Shown: positions 37,715-50,629 of the stretch, in pieces
How the letters are laid out: each line of letters opens with the position of its first letter
Position numbering within the stretch: the stretch's first letter is position 1
Notes under the pieces: model-generated
What the model saw: only the letters and a program-made list of their open reading frames with translations
Told to the model about the DNA's origin: nothing
Database searches by the model: none
Translations under genes and position numbers: made by a program
Assembly (NCBI GenBank): GCA_017447485.1
Contig: JAFSNI010000013.1
Location: 38,063-102,062 of the forward strand
Source of the DNA: Candidatus Saccharimonadota bacterium
GTDB lineage: Bacteria; Patescibacteriota; Saccharimonadia; Saccharimonadales; Saccharimonadaceae
DNA length: 64,000 nucleotides
Direction: 5' to 3'

Positions 37715-39148
37715 ATGAGTAAACTTTTTAAGCGCACAAAAATCTTGGCCACTATCGGCCCTGCTACAAACACCCCTGAACTTATTGAAGCCGCCATCAT
37801 GGCCGGCGCCAATGGCTGCCGTCTAAACTGCTCGCACGGCTCCGACGCCGAGCGCGACGAACAAATCAAATGGATTCGCGCCGCCGCCGAGAAAAAAGGC
37901 CGCAGCGTCGCCATTCTGCAAGACCTCCAAGGCCCAAAAATTCGCCTCGGCATCCTGAAAGACAACCATCTCGATTTGCATAAAGGTGACGAACTCATCC
38001 TTGAGTCGCATCCTGATTTTGAACACACCGGCGGTCTCACCGTTCCGGTTCAATACAATCTCGCCGAAAAGGTCAAGCCCGGCGAGCCAATTTCCATGTT
38101 CGACGGCAAAGTTAAAGCCGTAGTTTCCGAAATCGTCAGCGCCACGGCTATTAAAGTCGAAATTAAAAACGACGGTTTCATCATGTCGAAAAAGGGCCTG
38201 AACCTGCCCGACACCGATTTCGGCGGCGACATTTTAACTGAAAAAGACCTGCACGACATCGAATATGGCGCCAGTCAAGATTTCGACTATGTTTCCCTCT
38301 CTTTTGTCCAATCCGCCAACGACATCGAAAGATTGAAACAGCTCTTACTTTCCTACGGCAGCACCGCCAAAGTCATCGCCAAAATCGAAACCAAAAAAGC
38401 CATCGCCTCCGACGAAAACCTCGAGGCCATCGTTAAAGCTGCCGACGGCATCATGGTTGCCCGCGGCGACATGGCGGTCGAAGCCGGCGCCGAAGTCGTC
38501 CCGATTGTCCAGCGCAAGCTCATCGCCCTCTGCCGCACCTACGGCAAACTCTGCATCGTCGCCACCCAAATGCTCTCTTCCATGGTTGATTCGCCCGAGC
38601 CGACCCGGGCCGAAGTTTCCGACGTTGCCACCGCTGTCATCCAGGGCGCTGACGTCGTCATGCTTTCCGACGAAACCGCCAATGGTTCTTACCCAATCGA
38701 AGCCATCAAAGAGATGAAAAAAGTCATTCTCTACACCCAAAATCACTCGCGCGTCGCTGCCATTTCTCGTGAAAAATCTAGCGCCAGCAATGTCTATGGC
38801 GCCATTTCCACCGCTGCCGCTCGCCTCGCTGAAAAAATCGATGCTGACGTGATCATCTGCCAAACCGCCTCTGGCGCTACCGCCATGGCCATGGCCGCCG
38901 AGCGCCCAAACCTCCCAATCGTAACCGTCACCGCAAACGAACGCGTTGCTAACCAACTCGCCTTAATTTACGCCAACTCGGCCTTCGTCCGCCCTTACTC
39001 TGAAGAGTTCGGCTTTGAACTCGCCCGCGAACTGAAAAACAGCGGCTATCTCAAAACTAAAGACGGCGAAAAAGACCTGCTCGCCGTTATCGTCTCTGGT
39101 GACCGCGACAAAGTCGGCACTGACACCATCCGTATCCGCAACGTCTAG
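37715..39148 (+). CDS. pyk: Pyruvate kinase
   Basis: RTKILATIGPA, DLQGPKIR, KIET, MVARGDM, ATQML, PTRAEVSDV. Confidence 0.97.
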   Translation: MSKLFKRTKILATIGPATNTPELIEAAIMAGANGCRLNCSHGSDAERDEQIKWIRAAAEKKGRSVAILQDLQGPKIRLGILKDNHLDLHKGDELILESHPDFEHTGGLTVPVQYNLAEKVKPGEPISMFDGKVKAVVSEIVSATAIKVEIKNDGFIMSKKGLNLPDTDFGGDILTEKDLHDIEYGASQDFDYVSLSFVQSANDIERLKQLLLSYGSTAKVIAKIETKKAIASDENLEAIVKAADGIMVARGDMAVEAGAEVVPIVQRKLIALCRTYGKLCIVATQMLSSMVDSPEPTRAEVSDVATAVIQGADVVMLSDETANGSYPIEAIKEMKKVILYTQNHSRVAAISREKSSASNVYGAISTAAARLAEKIDADVIICQTASGATAMAMAAERPNLPIVTVTANERVANQLALIYANSAFVRPYSEEFGFELARELKNSGYLKTKDGEKDLLAVIVSGDRDKVGTDTIRIRNV

Positions 39149-39156
39149 GCTTTCTA

Positions 39157-39185
39157 TTGACTTTTTAGCATAAGTGTGCTATAAT
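39157..39185 (+). promoter_or_regulatory. Sigma70-type promoter
   Basis: TTGACT-17 bp-(TG)-TATAAT upstream of the 39272 gene. Confidence 0.7.
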
Positions 39186-39271
39186 AAAAGCATGGGGGTT
39201 GTTTTTGCAATCCCTGCACCTTCACATAGTGTTCCGAAAAATTGATTTTATATTGGGGAGGAATGAAAATC

Positions 39272-40117
39272 ATGAAAAAGAAAACTCGTTTCATCGCACT
39301 CGCTCTGGTCGCTGTTTTGGTTCTGGCGCTGACGCCCGTCGTGGCGAACGCCGCCTCAAACTGGACCAAGCGCCAAGAGCAAGCCCACGCCCTCGCCGAT
39401 GGCGCTCGTGCCATGGGCTACGGCGAAGACAGCGCGGCCATTAAGGTCATGCAAGACATCTTCGCCCTCGAAGAAGGCGACACATCCGTCACCGACAGCT
39501 ACTACTACAGCGGCCGCACGAAACAGTATTACAAACTGAACGTCGCAAGCGGCACAATCAACTCGGACGGCAGCTATTTCGACGGCACCTACTTCTGGTA
39601 CCTGAACGAAAACACCGGCTACTACTACAGGTTCGACAAATGGGGCAACCGCATTACCGGCGAAAAGGCCAAAAACTACGAGACCTACGCTGGCAAGAAG
39701 CTCTGGGCCGGCATCATCACCGATGTTGACAATTACGTCAGCACCTCTGAGGCCCAAACCGTGGCTAGGTTCATCTTGTCCTATGCGAACCTGACCGACG
39801 GCAGCGTTGAGCAGCGCGCCGAACTGGCGTGGTGCCTCTTGAACTGCAAAGGTGGTGGCGATATGTCCACCGCTCTCAAGAAGTTCGAGGACTACGACAA
39901 AGATGCCGACCTCACTACTGCCACCGGCAAAGAAGCTCTGCAAATCGCAAAAGACGTGCTCTTCCGCAAATACGTGGAAACCTATAGCAGCAATAAGAAC
40001 GTCGGGCGCGTTTTGCCGAAGACTCATTCCTGGATGTGGATCCAGGATGGTAAAGTCTATCTGCGTCCCAGCAAGGACGGCGCTAACTGGGACCATTCTC
40101 TCGCATCGCCGTATTAA
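39272..40117 (+). CDS. Secreted protein with divergent cell-wall-hydrolase (Hydrolase_2/SleB)-like C-terminal domain
   Basis: Signal peptide (ANA-A), GGGGAGG SD, C-terminal EQRAELAWCLLN...AKDVL.R....VGRVLP...WDHSLASPY; the family call is by recollection only. Confidence 0.55.
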   Translation: MKKKTRFIALALVAVLVLALTPVVANAASNWTKRQEQAHALADGARAMGYGEDSAAIKVMQDIFALEEGDTSVTDSYYYSGRTKQYYKLNVASGTINSDGSYFDGTYFWYLNENTGYYYRFDKWGNRITGEKAKNYETYAGKKLWAGIITDVDNYVSTSEAQTVARFILSYANLTDGSVEQRAELAWCLLNCKGGGDMSTALKKFEDYDKDADLTTATGKEALQIAKDVLFRKYVETYSSNKNVGRVLPKTHSWMWIQDGKVYLRPSKDGANWDHSLASPY

Positions 40118-40128
40118 CGGAACACTAT

Positions 40129-40156
40129 AAATCCCCCGCCTCGCGCGGGGGATTTT
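40129..40156. terminator. Bidirectional terminator
   Basis: aaatcccccgc-ctcgc-gcgggggatttt. Confidence 0.8.
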
Positions 40157-40169
40157 CCTATGCCTTAAG

Positions 40170-43217
<3,048 letters not shown>

Positions 43218-43243
<26 letters not shown>

Positions 43244-44096
43244 GTCTTTCTATGCGTTTTTCAAGCGGCGGGTGCGTGCTGAGCAAATTATTGAAAAATC
43301 CCTTACGCAGCGGATCGTTAATATACATCGGCGCCGCCGCCACATTCTGATTTTTCATTGGCTGGCTATGGTTTTGCAACTTTTTCAGCGCATCAATCAT
43401 CCCTTCTGGATAGCGCGTAATATTCACCGCCGATGCATCCGCCAGATATTCCCGTTGCCGCGACACCGCCATCTGCGCAAGTGCCGCCAGAATCGGCGAC
43501 AAAATCGCCGCCAGCATAATCAAAACATATCCCATCGGGCTACCTTCCTCATTCCTCCGCCGATTTCCATAAAACATCATCCGATATGCCACGTCTGAAA
43601 TCAGCCCAATCACACACACCAGCCCAAACACAATCATCGACACCCGAATATCATAGTTCTTCACATGCGACATCTCGTGCGCCATCACCGCCGTCAGCTC
43701 CTTGTCGTTCATGATATCCATCAGTCCCGTAGTCGCCGCCACCATCGCGTGCTTCGGGTCGCGCCCCGTCGCAAACGCATTCGGCGCTGCGTCTTCAATC
43801 ACATAAACCTTCGGCATCGGCAAGCCCGTCGTAATCGACAAATTCTCCACGATATTATAGAGCCGCGGATTATCTTTTTTCTCAATTTCCCTCGCCCCCG
43901 TCATCGTCATTGCAATCGTTCCAGACGCATAATACTGCACCGCAGCATAAATCATCGCCACCAAAATCGTCCAAACCGCAATCCACGGGTCATTATAAAA
44001 CCAAGCAAACACCGCCGCAATCAGCCCAATCATCAACACAAAAGCGATGATAATAATTACGGTTCGGCGTTTGTTCTCAGCAATCTGCTTATACAT
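43218..44096 (-). CDS. htpX: M48 zinc metalloprotease HtpX
   Basis: PNAFATGRDP, AHEMSH, SRQREYLAD, STHPP. Confidence 0.93.
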
Positions 44097-44111
44097 CTTG
44101 TCCTTTAGCGA

Positions 44112-44693
44112 CTAGAACTTTACTTCAGGCGCTTTCTCAATTTTCGCCTTTTCGCTTTCCGCTACCTCAAAATACTCGCGCTTCTTAAAATGCCCGAACA
44201 TATTGTTAATAATATTAGCCGGGAAAGTCTTAATCTTCGTGTTCAGCTCTTTTGCGCCTGCGTTGTAAAATCTGCGTGCCGCCTGAATCTTATCTTCCAC
44301 ATCTTGAAGTTGTGTCTGCAAAGTCTTAAAGTTTTCGTTTGCCTTGAGCTCCGGATAAGCCTCTGCAATCGCAAAAATCCGCCCGAGCGCCGATTGCATC
44401 TCTTTTTCAGCTTCCGCCGCTTGCTTCACGGTCTTCGCACCCATCACTGCCGACCGCGCACTCGTCACCATCTCGAACGTTTCTTTTTCGTGCTTCGCAT
44501 AGCCCTTCACGGTCTCAACCACGTTCGGAATCAAATCCGCGCGGTATTTGAGTTGCACCGTAATATCGCTCCAGGCCTCGTTTACACGCTCGTTCAGGCT
44601 CACCAAGCCGTTATATATCCCCGCAATCGCTCCCACCACCGCCAGTATGGCCACGATTACAATAATTACTATTAAAACTGGACTCATTGCCAC
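44112..44693 (-). CDS. lemA: LemA family protein
   Basis: AWSDI.VQL..R.DLIPN.VETVKGYAKHE, AEAYPELKAN, ARRFYN. Confidence 0.95.
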   Translation of the reverse strand: MAMSPVLIVIIVIVAILAVVGAIAGIYNGLVSLNERVNEAWSDITVQLKYRADLIPNVVETVKGYAKHEKETFEMVTSARSAVMGAKTVKQAAEAEKEMQSALGRIFAIAEAYPELKANENFKTLQTQLQDVEDKIQAARRFYNAGAKELNTKIKTFPANIINNMFGHFKKREYFEVAESEKAKIEKAPEVKF

Positions 44694-44740
44694 TCCTTAT
44701 TTAGTTATAAGTCCATTATATCACTTATTTTTGCGTGCGT

Positions 44741-45907
44741 CTATTTTCCACGCGGCGCCAGGTTGTCTGCCGTAAACACGATAAAAGTCGGGTCGTGACG
44801 CTCGGTCGTAGCTAAAATCGAAAAGTTTTTATTTAACGTCGTCCGATAGGCCGTCGCCGTCGAACCGCCACCATCAAGGTTAAATGCCGATAAACAACCG
44901 CGATAATTCGCTACCTGCACCATGTCATCAAAGTTCCACCCGCCACCCGTTTCGCCTTCGCCGGTGTTAGTGATAATGATATAAGAGTTTTGCTTCACGC
45001 AGAAAATCTGCCGCGCACGGTAAGCATTTTGATAATTGCCCCTGTATTCTTCTTGCGCTTTGCCATTTAGCATAAACGGCACAAACGCATAGACCGCCGA
45101 CACGATTTTACGATTTTTCACTGTCGCGCCAGTTTTCGCGTCGATATAGTCTGTTGTCGTGCCATTCACCGCGCCCTTTACGTAGCCCACGTTCCCCGCC
45201 TCGTCCACCACTAGCGTCCAGTTTGAACCGCCATTTTGCGCTATGATTTTCTGGTTTTGAATCGTCGTCCCGAGCGGGTCTGTGGTAGTGGTGTTATAAA
45301 CGCTCGCGTTCGCCATGATGATGATATTGCCACCCTCTCTGTTTGCGACAATGTTGTTTAAGTCGCTTTGAAAATTGCCACGGTTTGTTGGCATATAAGC
45401 ATACGGCGTGCCGTTTGTAATTTCGATAAAATTATAAGTGAAATTTTTGTAATAACCCCGCCAGACGTCAAAGGTCGGCACAGTCGCCTGCGTATTTAAT
45501 GTCGCCTGCGCAGCTGGCGCTGCCGGCACATTCGCTGACACTGTCGGCGCCGTAACAGTCGTCGACGTTACTGCTGTCGCTTGCGTTAGTTCCGGCTCTT
45601 TTGCTTCCGGCTCTTCTGGCTCTTCCAGTTCATTTTGTTTCGTTTCCTCTTCAACTTCTTCCTGAACCGTCCCCGCTTTCGGCACTTCCGTAGTTTCCGC
45701 CTTCACCGGACTTTGCAAAAACGCCCCTGCCATAATCAGAGACAGAATAATCGATGCCACGCAAATCCCTGCCGAGCCAATAAAGAACCCTGGCTTCCGC
45801 ATTCGCATATCAAGCAGCGCCGTTTTAAGATAGGAAACGCTAAAAACATCCACTGCAAGAATCGCCAACATCGCTATAATTAACAGAGGAATCCCAAAAT
45901 CACTCAT
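44741..45907 (-). CDS. Phosphodiester glycosidase (NAGPA) family membrane-anchored protein
   Basis: Two TM segments, E/T/A/P-rich linker, AFNLDGGGST motif; start taken at MSDFG. Confidence 0.75.
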   Translation of the reverse strand: MSDFGIPLLIIAMLAILAVDVFSVSYLKTALLDMRMRKPGFFIGSAGICVASIILSLIMAGAFLQSPVKAETTEVPKAGTVQEEVEEETKQNELEEPEEPEAKEPELTQATAVTSTTVTAPTVSANVPAAPAAQATLNTQATVPTFDVWRGYYKNFTYNFIEITNGTPYAYMPTNRGNFQSDLNNIVANREGGNIIIMANASVYNTTTTDPLGTTIQNQKIIAQNGGSNWTLVVDEAGNVGYVKGAVNGTTTDYIDAKTGATVKNRKIVSAVYAFVPFMLNGKAQEEYRGNYQNAYRARQIFCVKQNSYIIITNTGEGETGGGWNFDDMVQVANYRGCLSAFNLDGGGSTATAYRTTLNKNFSILATTERHDPTFIVFTADNLAPRGK

Positions 45908-46059
45908 ATGCCCCAATTATACCACATTTCCCCCAAAAAGTCAATGCTTAAACGCTAGGTTCTACTTCTTTAGCGTTCTTCTATCCTCAACCTTTTTATC
46001 ACGCTCAAAAGCCTCGGATATAATTTTTTTTACTTCTTTCATATTCATTACTTACTATT

Positions 46060-47064
46060 TTAACCTCTTTTCTTATTCATTTCAAGCATAAATTTTATAG
46101 ATTCGTTAAAAAAACGCAAATTAAGAAAATAATTAGGATATGCCTCATCTAATCTCTTTATATCACTAACGGAAACCAAGACTACGCTCTTGCCCTGGTC
46201 AAGCTTTCGTTCCAAAGTTTGATATTCCCGAACAGCCAAATCGTATTCCGGCTCTTTAAAACTAGCAACATAGCATGTCTTTTTATTAAAATCCAAATCT
46301 AAAACTAAATAATATGCGTTCTTCTCAATATGTTCATCCACGGAAATCAACTTAGTAATTTCTATAGCGTTAAGTGACTGGCCAATTCTATGTTCATCCA
46401 TCGTCTCCTTTAATAGAGTGCAGATTTCGTTTAAACTCTTCCCGCTGTAGCATCGAACTGGGTTTGTTCCTTCCGCAATCGCAAATGCCGAAGATGTTTG
46501 CCGAAAGAAATCGCGCCAATATGTTTCACCGCCACCAAATTTCATCGAGGAACTGCGAAATATGTCCACGGTTTCCACCGATGTAGCCCAAATATGCTGC
46601 ATCTGTGTTCTGAGCTGAATTTCAACATACATGCCATCTTTTTTAAAAATGAAATGTTTGCAACGATATCCATCCGACTTTGGATCATTGATATAGTCTC
46701 GCACTCGTTCAAAGTTCTTCCATTTGCGAATGATTTTCTCAACTTCGGCTAGCTGGTCCATATCTCGCACAATCATCCTAACGCCAGCAATATCCTGCAT
46801 GCTCGATAATCTCATTGTCTTAAAACGATTTAACTTTCCAATAATCGTCGGCAGCCTCTTTAGCCTTTGCGCAACGATTATATTTCTTGTCGATTCGTCA
46901 GTTAGCATAATCCTTACACACTTATCATAATATTCGTCCATCAACTTCACGTGCGCTTCCCGCCAGACATTCAAAGCATCAACTGAATCTTCATATTCGA
47001 CGTCTTTAATGCCACGACGTATAGTATCGCCAATTTTATTTATCGCAGTATTAGATAGATTCAT
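46060..47064 (-). CDS. RelA/SpoT-synthetase-domain protein (small alarmone synthetase-like)
   Basis: AQRLKRLPTI, MQDIAGVR, DYI..PK.DGYR..H, EIQLRT..QHIWA. Confidence 0.85.
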   Translation of the reverse strand: MNLSNTAINKIGDTIRRGIKDVEYEDSVDALNVWREAHVKLMDEYYDKCVRIMLTDESTRNIIVAQRLKRLPTIIGKLNRFKTMRLSSMQDIAGVRMIVRDMDQLAEVEKIIRKWKNFERVRDYINDPKSDGYRCKHFIFKKDGMYVEIQLRTQMQHIWATSVETVDIFRSSSMKFGGGETYWRDFFRQTSSAFAIAEGTNPVRCYSGKSLNEICTLLKETMDEHRIGQSLNAIEITKLISVDEHIEKNAYYLVLDLDFNKKTCYVASFKEPEYDLAVREYQTLERKLDQGKSVVLVSVSDIKRLDEAYPNYFLNLRFFNESIKFMLEMNKKRG

Positions 47065-47150
47065 AAAACAATTATATCACGCACCTCCCTGTATTGCTTT
47101 TTTATTTTTTTTTGCTATAATATACATATCGCGATTAAACACGCGAACGT

Positions 47151-47227
47151 GCGAATGTAGCTCAGTTGTTTAGAGCGCTTCCTTGCCAAGGAAGAGGTCG
47201 AGAGTTAGAGTCTCTTCATTCGCACCA
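47151..47227 (+). tRNA. tRNA-Gly(GCC)
   Basis: GCGAATGTAGCTCAGTTGTTTAGAGCG-CTTCC-TT-GCC-AA-GGAAG-AGGTC-GAGAG-TTAGAGT-CTCTT-CATTCGC-ACCA. Confidence 0.88.
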
Positions 47228-47286
47228 CAAAAAAGAAGTTTCAATGAAGTCAGCAAGACTTCTTTTTTTAAATGCTCATACGCAAA

Positions 47287-48690
47287 TTAAAACCTAAAGT
47301 AAATAAACGGATTATACGAGCTATTCACCAGCGCACAAATTCCGAGCACAAATAGCAAAATCAAAATCAAATCCAGCACCAATCGCCCAAATTTAAATTT
47401 GAGCAACCACTTTTTGAACCGCTTCCCCACCGGGAACATAAAAATTAGTCCAATAATCATAAAATTCACATACGGTATAATCGAGAAATTATGCGCTAAG
47501 AAATCCGCCGTCGAAGCTCCTGGATGGAAAAACGCATTCGCCACGTATCCCAAATCACCCAAACTATTCACCCTAAACAACAACCACCCAAAATTCACCA
47601 CCGCAAACATCAAAATCCAAGCCAAAAACTTTGGCAACTTCTCAAGCCACTTACCGAGAAACTGTTTTTCACAAAGTAAAATCACCATATAGAACACACC
47701 CCACAGTACAAAGTTCCAACTCGCCCCGTGCCAAAGCCCCGTCAGAAGCCAAACAATCGCAAAATTGCGCACCCACTTTATTTTTGAACACCGATTCCCA
47801 CCTAGCGGGATGTAAACATAATCGCGGAACCAAGTTGTCAAAGAAATGTGCCACCTTCGCCAAAAATCTGTAATCGACCTCGCCGAATACGGATAATTAA
47901 AGTTCTCATCAAAGTCAAACCCAAAGATTTTCCCCAGCCCAATCGCCATGTCGCTATAGCCAGAGAAATCATAGTAAATCTGTAAGGTATATGCAAGCAG
48001 CGCAATAATAATCGCCACCGGCCCCAGCTCCTGTGCCGCCGGATCGTTAAACACAGTATCGGCGATAATCGCCACGTTATTCGCAATCAACACCTTCTTC
48101 GCGAAGCCCACAATAAACCGCCGAAAACCATCACAAAATTTATCCAGCGAATGCGTCCGCGCTTGTAGCTGTTTTTCAACATCCGAATATCGCACAATCG
48201 GACCAGCAATCAGCTGTGGGAAAAGTGCGATATAAGTCCCAAGTGTAAAAATGTTTTTCTGCAACTTAACTTTTTTGCGGTAGACATCAATCACATAAGA
48301 CAAAATCTGGAACGTATAGAAAGAAATGCCAATCGGAAGCGCCAAGTTAGTCTGCCCAAGGTTAAAGTTAAACGCAAGATTAAGATTATAAATCGCAAAA
48401 TCAAGATACTTGAAAATAAATAATGCACCAATATTTACAATCACTGCCGTCCAAAGTAACGCCCGGCTCAACTTTTTATTTTTACGCTTTTTATCAATCA
48501 ACCGCGCGATAAAATAGTTAAAGATGATCGACAAAAGCATCAAAATAATATACTTCGGCTCACCCCACGCATAAAACACCAACGACGCAACCAGTAAAAC
48601 ATAATTTTTATATTTATCTTTCGCTAGAAAATACAATATTAACGTCGCTGGCAAAAACGCGAATAGAAATGTTAGACTGCTAAATAACAT
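47287..48690 (-). CDS. MBOAT family O-acyltransferase (AlgI/DltB-like)
   Basis: LPIGISFYTFQ, FPQLIAGPIVRY, DFSGYSDMAIG, FWRRWHISL, GLWHGA. Confidence 0.93.
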   Translation of the reverse strand: MLFSSLTFLFAFLPATLILYFLAKDKYKNYVLLVASLVFYAWGEPKYIILMLLSIIFNYFIARLIDKKRKNKKLSRALLWTAVIVNIGALFIFKYLDFAIYNLNLAFNFNLGQTNLALPIGISFYTFQILSYVIDVYRKKVKLQKNIFTLGTYIALFPQLIAGPIVRYSDVEKQLQARTHSLDKFCDGFRRFIVGFAKKVLIANNVAIIADTVFNDPAAQELGPVAIIIALLAYTLQIYYDFSGYSDMAIGLGKIFGFDFDENFNYPYSARSITDFWRRWHISLTTWFRDYVYIPLGGNRCSKIKWVRNFAIVWLLTGLWHGASWNFVLWGVFYMVILLCEKQFLGKWLEKLPKFLAWILMFAVVNFGWLLFRVNSLGDLGYVANAFFHPGASTADFLAHNFSIIPYVNFMIIGLIFMFPVGKRFKKWLLKFKFGRLVLDLILILLFVLGICALVNSSYNPFIYFRF

Positions 48691-49871
48691 TATAGCTCCA
48701 ATCCTTGGTTAAGTTCAGTATCCGCCACAAAACCATCATTGCCAAGAATCAATGTCTTACCAATCTTGTTCTTTTTAATATATTCGCTATATTTAAATTC
48801 AGTTTTTGCGTATTTTTCATAATGCCGCATATCGACTACATAAGTCTTGTTAAAATATTGGGCAACTAACTCATTTATGGCATTACTATAAGAATTGGAG
48901 ACAATCAAAAGATTAGGTTTGTCCGGTTGATGAAAATTAAAAACAATCTCACCATAATCATTACCATAAACATAAGCATAAAAATACAAATCTCTATTAT
49001 ACACATAGTCATGATCCCTAAACTCCGCATAATGATTATACTTCTTTCCGCCAATCCCATTGATAGTAACATCATGTTCAGGAATATCAAAAGTATAAAT
49101 CGTAAACTTCTCTAAATAACTATAATTCTTAGTCGTACGCGCATGCGAACCATAAAAATATTCCTCGCTCGTAAATGTACCAGTCGGCTCGCTTGGATTT
49201 TCAATGCCAAACATCTTGACGATATCCAAAAAACCCTTATAAGAACCTTCATAATTCCAATGATGATCAGTTTTATAAAAATATTTTTTATGGTAATCAT
49301 AGCCAGTATTCTCCATAAAACCAAGATGATATTTTCCCTTCAAATTCTCCTGAAGGACAGACACATAATCTCCGATATTTTCGTCTTTCTCAAAATCATA
49401 AGTCCTATAAGTTTCGATCAAATAATAATACACATCGTTTTCTGTGTTAATTTTGTTGTATTTTTTAATATTATCATAAACTCGTTGTTGGACCGTGTTA
49501 GGCAATACTACAATATAATCTTCACAGTTAAAAGTAACACGTTTAGAGTCCACGCTGTTCGGCAAAGCAAGATATCGATTAGTGCAAGCTATACGATCAA
49601 TCCCAAAGGCGGGCAAAGACGAGATGGCTCTTCCATAAACTGTCCTTATCTTTTCACTTAACATAAATTGGTCAGAAAGCGCATTCTCAAAATTATCTTG
49701 AAAACTACCGTCCATGAAACCACCGACAGTAAAATGCTCAAATTGTTCAAGAGTTCTATTTTCCGATACAGACGTTTTCTTCGGAGTCCGAACAAAACTA
49801 ACAGTCCCTGTCAAAAATATCAAAACCAATGCTGCCAAAAACAAAATATTTTGCCTATTATTCTTTGACAT
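48690..49871 (-). CDS. DHHW-family (AlgJ/AlgX-like) acyltransfer partner
   Basis: SENRTL, YKTDHHW, SNSYSN; coupled to the MBOAT gene. Confidence 0.85.
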   Translation of the reverse strand: MSKNNRQNILFLAALVLIFLTGTVSFVRTPKKTSVSENRTLEQFEHFTVGGFMDGSFQDNFENALSDQFMLSEKIRTVYGRAISSLPAFGIDRIACTNRYLALPNSVDSKRVTFNCEDYIVVLPNTVQQRVYDNIKKYNKINTENDVYYYLIETYRTYDFEKDENIGDYVSVLQENLKGKYHLGFMENTGYDYHKKYFYKTDHHWNYEGSYKGFLDIVKMFGIENPSEPTGTFTSEEYFYGSHARTTKNYSYLEKFTIYTFDIPEHDVTINGIGGKKYNHYAEFRDHDYVYNRDLYFYAYVYGNDYGEIVFNFHQPDKPNLLIVSNSYSNAINELVAQYFNKTYVVDMRHYEKYAKTEFKYSEYIKKNKIGKTLILGNDGFVADTELNQGLEL

Positions 49872-49921
49872 AACTAGCTAATATTATACCATAAACTCAC
49901 CTATTGATATATAATAGTGTT

Positions 49922-50629
49922 ATGGACAAACCAATTATAGGAATCATCGGTGGCATGGGCTCGTATGCTACAGCTGATTTTTTCAAACGCTTACTTGATG
50001 CCCTTCCGGCAAAAAAAGAATGGGATCGCCCCCGCATCATTATCGACAATCGTTGTGATATGCCCAGTCGTGTCCGTGCAATCTTGTATGACGAAAACCG
50101 CGACGAACTAGTTGCTGAAATTACAAAATCCATGCGTATGCTCATCGAAAATGGGGCCAGCCATGTCATTCTAGCTTGCAACACTTCTCACGTTTTCCTA
50201 GACGAAGTCTATACTAAAATTCCAGAGGCAAAACCTAAAGTCATCCACATCATCGACGAACTCGGAAAGCAAATCAAATCAGATGGCCACCACGAAGTTT
50301 TTCTCCTAGCCTCAGAAGGGACTATCGAGACGAAAATTTATTCAAATTATTTCGGCAAATACGGTATAGAAATTCTTTACCCTGAAGAAAAAGATTTCTC
50401 CATCCTCCGTGATTTTATTGAAGCTGTAAAGCAAAACGAAGTAGATCGTCAAATCGCGGACAATTTCGTTGAATATATCAATAGCGCATATGATTGCCCA
50501 ATAATACTTGGGTGCACAGAGCTCCCAGCCATTTACGCTAAATGTAAAGACAAAATTTCAAAAAAGATTTATGATCCATTAGACGCAGCTATCAATAAAA
50601 TAAAAGAAGATTTAAAAAATGAACAATAA
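49922..50629 (+). CDS. Aspartate/glutamate racemase family
   Basis: IGIIGGMGS.AT, ACNTSH, LGCTEL; start taken at MDKP. Confidence 0.88.
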   Translation: MDKPIIGIIGGMGSYATADFFKRLLDALPAKKEWDRPRIIIDNRCDMPSRVRAILYDENRDELVAEITKSMRMLIENGASHVILACNTSHVFLDEVYTKIPEAKPKVIHIIDELGKQIKSDGHHEVFLLASEGTIETKIYSNYFGKYGIEILYPEEKDFSILRDFIEAVKQNEVDRQIADNFVEYINSAYDCPIILGCTELPAIYAKCKDKISKKIYDPLDAAINKIKEDLKNEQ

